Origin: Gemmatimonadota bacterium
Lineage (GTDB): Bacteria; Gemmatimonadota; Gemmatimonadetes; Gemmatimonadales; GWC2-71-9
Assembly: GCA_003221895.1 (NCBI GenBank)
Contig: QHUJ01000117.1
Location: forward strand, 9,379-73,378
Length of the DNA: 64,000 bases
Reading direction: 5' to 3'
The translations under genes and the position numbers were made by a program. Position 1 is the first letter of the stretch. Every line of letters begins with the position of its first letter. This document shows, piece by piece, positions 9,251 to 16,885 of this stretch. The notes below the pieces were generated by a model. That model ran no database searches and was not told where the DNA came from. It saw only the letters and a program-made list of their open reading frames with translations.

Positions 9251-10104
9251 GTCGCATCACCGACGTCCACATCCATATCCAGCCGTGGCGCGACCTCAAG
9301 CCTCAAGTGCAGCAGGCGATGCGCAAGGGGAAAGAGGATCACTGGGATTTTCTCATTTCCTTGATGGACGATCCGCGCGCGCTGCTCGAGGTCATGGACC
9401 GCTCGGGCGTGTGGCGGGTCGGCCTCGTCAATTATCCGAGCCCCGACATCATGGGCTTCGACGATTCGACCAACACCTTTGCGGCGCACTACGCGCGCGC
9501 CAACCCGGAGCGACTGCTGCCGTACGGCGGCGTGCACGCGCGCTACACCCGCGATCCCGCCGGTGATGTGGACCGGCTGGTCGATCTGGGCATCCGGTTG
9601 CTCAAGATTCATCCGCCGCACCAGAACTTCCCGGCGAACGCGTACACCGATGGTCTCGGCGCGCTCGGCAAGATCTACCGGCGCTGCGAAGAGCGCGGGC
9701 TGCCGGTCATGATTCACACTGGCACGTCGATTTTTCCCGGGGCGCGATCCAAGTGGGGCAATCCACTCGAGCTCGACGATGTCGCCATCGATTTCCCGGA
9801 TCTGCAGCTCGTGATGGCGCATGGGGGCCGGCCCCTGTACATGGATGAGGCGTTCTTTATCCTGCGGCGTCATGGCCGGGTCAGGCTCGACGTGTCCGGC
9901 ATTCCGCCAGCGAAATTGCTGGAGTACTTTCCCCGCCTGACCGAAATCGTGGATCGCGTGTTGTGGGGCACGGACTGGCCCAGCCCTGGCGTGAAGGACC
10001 TGCGCCAGAACATCGATCAATTCCTGGCGTTGCCGCTCGCCGAGACGCAGCGCCGCGCCATCCTCGAAACCAACGCGCTCAAGCTCTTTCCCGCGGAGAC
10101 CTGA
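9247..10104 (+). CDS. Amidohydrolase_2 (TIM-barrel metal-dependent hydrolase) family protein; start uncertain
   Basis: DVHIHI (HxH metal motif) is encoded in frame at 9262-9279, upstream of the first canonical start (GTG 9307). No ATG/GTG/TTG occurs in this frame between the stop at 8881 and 9307. CTG 9247 overlaps the hbd stop as CTGA. Confidence 0.7.
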   Translation: MSRITDVHIHIQPWRDLKPQVQQAMRKGKEDHWDFLISLMDDPRALLEVMDRSGVWRVGLVNYPSPDIMGFDDSTNTFAAHYARANPERLLPYGGVHARYTRDPAGDVDRLVDLGIRLLKIHPPHQNFPANAYTDGLGALGKIYRRCEERGLPVMIHTGTSIFPGARSKWGNPLELDDVAIDFPDLQLVMAHGGRPLYMDEAFFILRRHGRVRLDVSGIPPAKLLEYFPRLTEIVDRVLWGTDWPSPGVKDLRQNIDQFLALPLAETQRRAILETNALKLFPAET

Positions 10105-11456
10105 TGCGAAGACTCTTGCTGTGGTCGGTGCTCATCCCAGCTTCGTTGTCAGGGCAAGCAGGAAAGATCACTTTCGAGCAGTTCGCGCTCCCCAACGGAC
10201 TCCACGTCATGTACTCCGAGGATCACTCGACCCCCATCGTGACGGTCGATGTGTGGTACGAGGTGGGCTCGCGCAACGAGCGCGCCGGCCGCTCGGGCTT
10301 CGCGCACCTCTTCGAGCACATGATGTTCGAAGGGTCGGCGCACGTGAAGAAATCGGAGCACGGGCAGCTGGTGGAGCGCGCAGGGGGCACCTACAACGGC
10401 GGCACCGCTGAGGATCGCACCAATTACTTCGAGACGGTCCCGTCGAACCGGCTGAACCTGGCGCTGTGGCTCGAGGCCGACCGCATGCGCTCGCTCGCCA
10501 TCACGAAAGACAACTTCGACAACCAGCGGCAGGCGGTGAAAGAAGAGCGCCGCTTGCGCGTCGACAATCAACCCTATGCGGCTGCGTTCTCCGATGGCCT
10601 GACGTGGCCGTTCGACAGCTCGAGTTGCTTCCCGTACGCCCACACCGTCATCGGGTCGATGGCCGATCTCGATGCGGCGAAGGTTCCGGACGTACAAGCC
10701 TTTTTCGACACCTACTACGCCCCGAACAACGCGACGCTCGTCGTTGTCGGCGACTTCAACGCCGCGGAGCTGCGCCACCTGGTCAATCAGGATTTCGCGG
10801 GCGTCCCCAGCCACGCCGCACCCGAGTCGCCGCGTTGCAACGCGAGCCCGACGGGCAAGAATCCGCTGCGGCGGGAAGTTCGCGACCAGAAGGCGAACCT
10901 CGATCTCGTCATGCGCCTGTACCGGATACCGGAGCATCGCAGTCCCGATACGCCCGCGCTCGAAATCCTGAATCTCATTGTGGGTGAGGGAGAGAGCTCC
11001 CGGCTGAACGTCGCAGTGGTGCGGCGTGAAAAGGCGGCGGTCGCGACCGGCGGCATCCTGAATCCGTACGGCTCACGCAACGGGCCGGGCGTCTGGGCGG
11101 CGTACGGCATCGTCAATCAGGGCGTCTCGGCGGATCGCCTGGACAGCCTCCTCGCGATCCAGCTGGACAGCATCCGCGAGAATGGGATCACCCCGGCCGA
11201 GCTCGAGAAGGCGAAGAACATGTTGCGTGCCGGCTTCATCGCGAACCGTGAGACCACGTTCGGAAAGGCGGAAGAGCTGCACCACTATCGCACCTTCCAC
11301 ACGTCAATCGACGAGATCAACACCGATCTGGATAAACTTCTCGCGGTGACGAGCGACGATGTGAAGCGCGTCGCCAGCACCTACCTCGCTCCCGGCAATT
11401 TGACGCTCGTGATTGTCCGTGCGGGCGCGGGTCCGTCGACCGGAGGCCGGCAGTGA
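10104..11456 (+). CDS. M16 (pitrilysin/insulinase) family zinc peptidase, active-type subunit
   Basis: Signal peptide MRRLLLWSVLIPASLSGQA. Inverted zincin motif HLFEHMMFEG (HxxEH). ATG 10104 overlaps the upstream stop. Confidence 0.9.
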   Translation: MRRLLLWSVLIPASLSGQAGKITFEQFALPNGLHVMYSEDHSTPIVTVDVWYEVGSRNERAGRSGFAHLFEHMMFEGSAHVKKSEHGQLVERAGGTYNGGTAEDRTNYFETVPSNRLNLALWLEADRMRSLAITKDNFDNQRQAVKEERRLRVDNQPYAAAFSDGLTWPFDSSSCFPYAHTVIGSMADLDAAKVPDVQAFFDTYYAPNNATLVVVGDFNAAELRHLVNQDFAGVPSHAAPESPRCNASPTGKNPLRREVRDQKANLDLVMRLYRIPEHRSPDTPALEILNLIVGEGESSRLNVAVVRREKAAVATGGILNPYGSRNGPGVWAAYGIVNQGVSADRLDSLLAIQLDSIRENGITPAELEKAKNMLRAGFIANRETTFGKAEELHHYRTFHTSIDEINTDLDKLLAVTSDDVKRVASTYLAPGNLTLVIVRAGAGPSTGGRQ

Positions 11457-13534
11457 GGCCGCGCCTCTTGAGTATCGTGGCGCCGCTGCTCGTGAGCGCG
11501 CCGCTCGCGGCGCAGGAGCCGTTCCCCACGTCGCCGCCCGTCGCGGTCCGGCTGCGTCCGGTGCAGTTCCCGCCGTTCCGCGAGGTCGCGTTGCCCAACG
11601 GCATGACGCTGTTGCTCGTCGAGAATCACGAGCAGCCGACGCTCTCTCTTAGCCTGAGCTTCCGCGCCGGCACGTACTACGATCCCCCCGGGAAAGAGGG
11701 ATTGTCGGCGATGGTCGCGGAGCTGCTCACGAAAGGAACGCCGACCCGAGACGCCGAGCAGCTCGCGGCGGAGATCGAAGGCGTCGGTGGCACCATCAGC
11801 GCCTCGTCGGGCGACGATTTTCTCACCATCTCGACCGACGGGCTGAGCGATCACGCCGATCTCGCGTTCGCCCTGCTGGGCGACGTTGCGCGCCGGGCGA
11901 CGTTCCCCGACCCGGAGCTGGAGCTGGCGCGCACCCGCTTCCTCTCCGCGCTGGCAGTCGAGCTGTCGCAAGCCGAGAACGTTGCGACGCGCGCCTTCCA
12001 GCGCGAGGTGTACGGGCGCAATCCGTACGGCCGCAATACGAGTGCCGAGTCGTTCAAGGCCATCACGCGCACCGACGTCGTCAACTTCGCCGGACGTCGG
12101 ATTCGGCCGGGTGGCGCGCTGCTGGTCGTCGCCGGCGAGATCACCCTGCCCAAGGCCCAGGAGCTCGCGAACCGCGCGTTCGGAACCTGGAGCGGCGCCG
12201 CCGCGGCCACTCCGGCCGCCCTGGCTCCCCCGACAAAGCGGAGCACCGATATCCTGCTGGTGAATCGACCGGGTTCGGTGCAGGCCAACATCGTGATCGG
12301 CAACACAACCTTCCTGCCGACCGATACCGGCTACTATCCCGCGCGCATCGCCACGCACGTGCTGGGCGGTGGCTCGGACTCCCGGCTGTTCACGATCCTG
12401 CGCGAGCAGAAGAGCTGGACCTACGGCTCCTACGCCGCGCTGCGCCGCTATCGGGGGCTCGGCTACTGGAACGCGACGTTCGAAGGTCGCACCGAGGTCG
12501 CGGACAGTGCGCTCGCCGAGCTGTTGCACCAGATCGATCGGGTTCGCACCGAGCTGATTCCGGACAGCGAGCTCACTGCCGCCAAGGGATTCCTGGTCGG
12601 CTCCTTCCCGCTCACGATCGAGACGCCGCGCCAGATCGCGCAGGTCGTGACGAGCGCGCGACTGCTGGGACTGGGATCGGATTACTTGCAGCGCTATCGC
12701 GACCGTTTGGCGGCCGTGAGCGCGACGCGGGCGCGGGCCGCTGCGCAGCGCACCTACAAGCGGACCGCGCTCACGATCGTCGTCGTGGGCGACGCGAAGG
12801 TGCTGTATGACAAGCTGAAGGCCATCGCGCCCGTGCGGCTGGTGGACATCGCGGGCAATGCCCTTGATCCCGCCGACCTCAATCCGACGGCTGCTGCGGT
12901 CGTGTTCGATCCCACTCAAGTGGTCGCCCAGCGCGATAGCTTACAGGCACTGGTCCAGGGCAACGTGGCGGGATCGCAGGTCTACAGCATCGATGTCGCG
13001 GGCGATTCGATCGTCTACAGCGAAGTGACCACGATCGCCATGGCCGGGTTGCAGCAGCGCTCGACCGTGGTACTGAATCCGGACTTGACGATGCGTCGCA
13101 GCGATCAGACCGGAACGGTGCAAGGCCAACAGACCACCACCCACCTCGACTACAGCGGCGGACGCGTGAAGGGCTCGGCGATGGCGCCGCAGCCAAGCGG
13201 TACGCCCAAGTCGTTCACGATCGATACGGCGCTCGCCGCCGGGACGATCGACGACAACGCTCTGCAGCTGGCGCTCCTAGCGCTGCCGCTCGAGCGGGGA
13301 AAAATGTTCAATCTGAATGTCTTCTCGTCGGGTGAAGGGACGACCAAGATCGTCAATGTCAAAGTGGCCGGGGTTGAGCAGGTTCAGGTCCCGGCCGGGA
13401 CCTTCCCTGCGTTCCGGCTGGAGCTGTCGGGGATGCAATTGCCGGTCGTGATGTACGTCTCGCAGCAAGGGCCGCGGCGGCTGATTCGCATCGCGCCGAC
13501 CGGCGCGCCGGTTGTATTTGAACTCGTGAAATAG
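11453..13534 (+). CDS. M16-family peptidase-like protein lacking HxxEH, fused to an extra ~230-aa C-terminal domain
   Basis: Signal peptide MRPRLLSIVAPLLVSAPLAAQ. M16 fold with the active-site region replaced (GLSAMVAELLTKGT). At 693 aa it is ~230 aa longer than its partner. GTGA overlap with the upstream gene. Confidence 0.8.
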   Translation: MRPRLLSIVAPLLVSAPLAAQEPFPTSPPVAVRLRPVQFPPFREVALPNGMTLLLVENHEQPTLSLSLSFRAGTYYDPPGKEGLSAMVAELLTKGTPTRDAEQLAAEIEGVGGTISASSGDDFLTISTDGLSDHADLAFALLGDVARRATFPDPELELARTRFLSALAVELSQAENVATRAFQREVYGRNPYGRNTSAESFKAITRTDVVNFAGRRIRPGGALLVVAGEITLPKAQELANRAFGTWSGAAAATPAALAPPTKRSTDILLVNRPGSVQANIVIGNTTFLPTDTGYYPARIATHVLGGGSDSRLFTILREQKSWTYGSYAALRRYRGLGYWNATFEGRTEVADSALAELLHQIDRVRTELIPDSELTAAKGFLVGSFPLTIETPRQIAQVVTSARLLGLGSDYLQRYRDRLAAVSATRARAAAQRTYKRTALTIVVVGDAKVLYDKLKAIAPVRLVDIAGNALDPADLNPTAAAVVFDPTQVVAQRDSLQALVQGNVAGSQVYSIDVAGDSIVYSEVTTIAMAGLQQRSTVVLNPDLTMRRSDQTGTVQGQQTTTHLDYSGGRVKGSAMAPQPSGTPKSFTIDTALAAGTIDDNALQLALLALPLERGKMFNLNVFSSGEGTTKIVNVKVAGVEQVQVPAGTFPAFRLELSGMQLPVVMYVSQQGPRRLIRIAPTGAPVVFELVK

Positions 13535-13544
13535 GAGATCTCGT

Positions 13545-14948
13545 ATGCGCCAGTTGTCGGCCGTCCTGGGACTCATCGTGCTCGCGACCGCGTGCGCGTC
13601 GGGCGCAGCCAAGACGGCTCCCTCAACGGCACCCGCGCCGAAACCTGCAGCTCAGGACACGGGCAGGGCGGCTGCCGTCGCGACACCATACCCATCGACC
13701 TACCAGCGGCACCCCAACCCGCCGGTGCTGATCCGCAACGCGACGATCATGACGGCGACGGGCCAGGAGATTCAGGGGGGCTCGATCCTCTTCCGCGACG
13801 GCCGGATCGTCGCGGTCGGCACGACTGTCCAGGCGCCGAGTGACGCCACAGTCGTGGATGGCACAGGCAAATGGGTCACACCGGGTGTGATCGATACCCA
13901 CTCCCACATCGGCGTCTACGCAGCGCCGGGCACGTTTGCGGAATCCGATGGGAACGAGGCGACGAGTCCGGTCACGGCGGAGGTGTGGGCGGAGCATTCA
14001 TTCTGGCCGCAGGACCCACAGATCCCGCTCGCCATCGCCGGCGGCGTGACGACGATTCAGGCGCTGCCCGGATCGGCGAATCTGATCGGCGGACGCAGTG
14101 CCGTGCTCAAGCTCATCCCCGCGCGCTCGGTGCAGGACATGAAGTTCCCCGGCGCGCGCTACGGTTTGAAGATGGCGTGCGGTGAGAATCCCAAGCGCGT
14201 CTACGGCCAACGCGGCGGTCCCTCCACGCGCATGGGCAACATGGCCGGCTACCGCGCCGCGTTCATTCAGGCGGAGGCGTATCGCCGCAAGTGGGACAAG
14301 TGGAACAAGGACCACCAGGGCGATCCGCCGGATCGCAGTCTCCGCAACGAGTCCTTGGCCGAGGTGCTGCGCGGCAACATCTACGTGCAGAACCATTGTT
14401 ATCGCGCGGACGAGATGATGCAGATGCTGGATCTCGCGCACGAGTTCGGCTTCAAGATCCGTTCATTCCACCACGCGGTGGAGGCGTACAAGATCGCCGA
14501 CGTCCTCGCCCGCGAGGGAACGGCGGTATCGATCTGGTCCGATTGGTGGGGCTTCAAGGAAGAAGCGATGGATGGGATCTACGAGAACGCCGCGCTCGTG
14601 CAACAGGCGGGCGGGCGGGTCGTGATCCACTCCGACGATCCGGGTGGCATCCAGCGCCTGAATCAAGAGGCCGCGAAGGCCATGTATCACGGCCGGCGCG
14701 CCGGGATTCCGATCACGCGCGATCAAGCAGTGCGCTGGTTCACGGCGAACCCGGCGTGGGTGCTGGGTGTGGACAGCATCGTGGGCACGCTCGAAGCGGG
14801 AAAGATGGCCGACGTCGTGTTGTGGTCTGCCGACCCCCTGTCGGTGTACGCACAGGCGGTGCAGGTCTATAACGACGGCTGGCTCGTGTACGACCGCAAC
14901 GATCCCGCGCATCAGCCAAAGACCGATTTCATGCTGGGGCAACCATGA
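13545..14948 (+). CDS. Secreted amidohydrolase-superfamily hydrolase (dipeptidase-like)
   Basis: Signal sequence LGLIVLATACASGA. HxH motif GVIDTHSHIG; further His ligands in SFHHAVE and VIHSDD. Confidence 0.85.
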   Translation: MRQLSAVLGLIVLATACASGAAKTAPSTAPAPKPAAQDTGRAAAVATPYPSTYQRHPNPPVLIRNATIMTATGQEIQGGSILFRDGRIVAVGTTVQAPSDATVVDGTGKWVTPGVIDTHSHIGVYAAPGTFAESDGNEATSPVTAEVWAEHSFWPQDPQIPLAIAGGVTTIQALPGSANLIGGRSAVLKLIPARSVQDMKFPGARYGLKMACGENPKRVYGQRGGPSTRMGNMAGYRAAFIQAEAYRRKWDKWNKDHQGDPPDRSLRNESLAEVLRGNIYVQNHCYRADEMMQMLDLAHEFGFKIRSFHHAVEAYKIADVLAREGTAVSIWSDWWGFKEEAMDGIYENAALVQQAGGRVVIHSDDPGGIQRLNQEAAKAMYHGRRAGIPITRDQAVRWFTANPAWVLGVDSIVGTLEAGKMADVVLWSADPLSVYAQAVQVYNDGWLVYDRNDPAHQPKTDFMLGQP

Positions 14949-16153
14949 TTGCGTTTCTACTCGCTCAGACGATCGCGATCACCGGGGGAACCGTGTACCC
15001 GGTGTCCGGTCCGAAAATCGACAACGCCACGGTGCTGATTCGTGACGGACGCATCGCCGCCGTCGGAGCCACCGTGGCCGTGCCGGCTGGCGCGACCCGC
15101 ATCGATGCGTCGGGGAAGTGGGTCACGCCGGGGCTGATTGACGGCGCTGGTCAGATGGGACTGCGCGAGATCGGCGCGGTCCAGAATACCAATGAAGCGA
15201 CGTTGCGCGGCAACGATGTGGCTGCCGCGTTCAATGTGCTCGAAGGCATCAACCCGGCCTCGACGCTGATTCCGGTGAACCGCGTGGAAGGCGTCACAAC
15301 AACCCTCGCCGTGCCCGGCGGCAGCCTGATCTTCGGGCAGGCGGCCTTGATTGATCTCGATGGAGCGACGATCGAGGTGATGCGCGTGAAGTCGCCCGCG
15401 GCGATGGTGGCCGATCTCAGCGAGGGCGCGAAGGACGCAGGCGGCGGCTCGCGCGCCGGCGTTGCGCAACGCTTGCGCCGTGTGTTCAACGACGCACTCG
15501 AGTATTCGCGTCGCAAAAACGACTACTCGCGCGCGCAAATGCAGCAGCTCTCCGCGAGCGCTGCCGATCTCGAAGCTTTGCTGCCGGTGCTGCGCGGCCA
15601 GCTGCCGCTCATTACGATCGCCAACCGGCGCAGCGACATCGAGACCGCGCTGCGAATCGGCAAGGAGTACAAGCTGAAGCTGATTCTCGCCGGAGCGGCC
15701 GAGGGATGGATGATTCCGAATGACATCGCGGCGGCTGGGGTGCCCGTGTTGGTCGAGCCGCTCGACAACATTCCCACCTACGACGCGCTCGGCATCCGCT
15801 ACGAGAACGCGGCTCTCATGACGAAGGGTGGCGTGAAGGTGGCGTTGATGGAGACCGCGACGGAGAACACGCGGGATCTGCGGCAGGAGGCCGGCAACGC
15901 GGTGGCCACCGGCATGACATGGGAGCAGGCACTCCGCGCGGTCACGTTGACGCCAGCCGAGGCGCTCGGCGTCGCGGATCGATATGGGTCGTTAGAGGTC
16001 GGAAAGGTCGCGAACGTGGTGGTGTGGAGTGGCGATCCGTTTGAGTTTTCGACAGGAGTCGAGCACGTCTTCATCCGAGGGCGAGAGATTCCGCTGCGAA
16101 GCCGTCAAACTGAGCTCCTCGAGAGGTATCGGACCCTGCCGCCGAAATACTAG
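14945..16153 (+). CDS. Amidohydrolase-fold protein with degenerate metal site (probable pseudoenzyme partner)
   Basis: Paralogous to the previous gene, but HxH is replaced by GLIDGAGQMG and the later His positions are lost (LILAGAAEG, VALMETATEN). No signal peptide is visible. ATGA overlap. Confidence 0.8.
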   Translation: MIAFLLAQTIAITGGTVYPVSGPKIDNATVLIRDGRIAAVGATVAVPAGATRIDASGKWVTPGLIDGAGQMGLREIGAVQNTNEATLRGNDVAAAFNVLEGINPASTLIPVNRVEGVTTTLAVPGGSLIFGQAALIDLDGATIEVMRVKSPAAMVADLSEGAKDAGGGSRAGVAQRLRRVFNDALEYSRRKNDYSRAQMQQLSASAADLEALLPVLRGQLPLITIANRRSDIETALRIGKEYKLKLILAGAAEGWMIPNDIAAAGVPVLVEPLDNIPTYDALGIRYENAALMTKGGVKVALMETATENTRDLRQEAGNAVATGMTWEQALRAVTLTPAEALGVADRYGSLEVGKVANVVVWSGDPFEFSTGVEHVFIRGREIPLRSRQTELLERYRTLPPKY

Positions 16154-16187
16154 GCGTCCCCCCGCCATCCCCTACCCGGACACAAAC

Positions 16188-16224
16188 GCGGTCGAGATCA
16201 GTGATCTCGACCGCTAGTTTTTCT
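16188..16224 (+). terminator. Intrinsic terminator of the plus-strand array
   Basis: 12-bp perfect stem GCGGTCGAGATC-agt-GATCTCGACCGC followed by TAGTTTTTCT, 35 nt after the stop at 16153. Confidence 0.65.
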
Positions 16225-16247
16225 CGTCTAACATGGCGCGGAGCAAC

Positions 16248-16526
16248 CTAGTTCTTCGACGTCTCTCCCGCTGCTACCGGATACACGCTCACCTGCATCC
16301 GCTTCTTGTTCTTATGCTCGAACTTTACCTGGCCGTCGACCGTGGTGAACAGCGAGTCATCGGAGGCGCGGCGCACGTTGCGGCCCGGGTGAAACTTGGT
16401 CCCCCGCTGGCGCACGATGATGCTGCCCGCAGTGACGAATTCGCCACCGAAGCGCTTCACGCCGAGGTATTTCGGATTCGAGTCGCGCCCGTTGCGCGAA
16501 GAGCCGACGCCTTTCTTATGAGCCAT
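16248..16526 (-). CDS. rpmA: 50S ribosomal protein L27
   Basis: [24 protein letters not shown]... is the canonical L27 N-terminus. Confidence 0.97.
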   Translation of the reverse strand: MAHKKGVGSSRNGRDSNPKYLGVKRFGGEFVTAGSIIVRQRGTKFHPGRNVRRASDDSLFTTVDGQVKFEHKNKKRMQVSVYPVAAGETSKN

Positions 16527-16533
16527 GCTATCC

Positions 16534-16851
16534 TCAGCCGACCTTCACGTCGGCAATCTTGATCTCGGTGAAGTCCTGCCGATGCCCTGCTTTGCGTCGG
16601 TAGCCGCTGCGTCGAGCGAACCGGAAGATCCGAATCTTCTTGCCCTTGCCGTGCCGCACCACTTCGGCGGTCACTTTGGCGCCTTTGACTTTGGGGGCTC
16701 CCGTCTGGACGGTCTTGCCATCACTCGCGAGGAGCACTTGATCGAACGAGACTTCGTCCCCTGGCTTCGCAGCGAGCAGCGGGACCTTGATCGTCACACC
16801 GGGCTCGGCGCGGAATTGGCAGCCACCGGTGGTGAAGATTGCGTATGACAT
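16534..16851 (-). CDS. rplU: 50S ribosomal protein L21
   Basis: [18 protein letters not shown]... with a KKxR-rich C-terminus; immediately upstream of rpmA. Confidence 0.95.
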   Translation of the reverse strand: MSYAIFTTGGCQFRAEPGVTIKVPLLAAKPGDEVSFDQVLLASDGKTVQTGAPKVKGAKVTAEVVRHGKGKKIRIFRFARRSGYRRKAGHRQDFTEIKIADVKVG

Positions 16852-16885
16852 AGGGCGCGGAACCTAAATGGACACTTGGGCTTAG

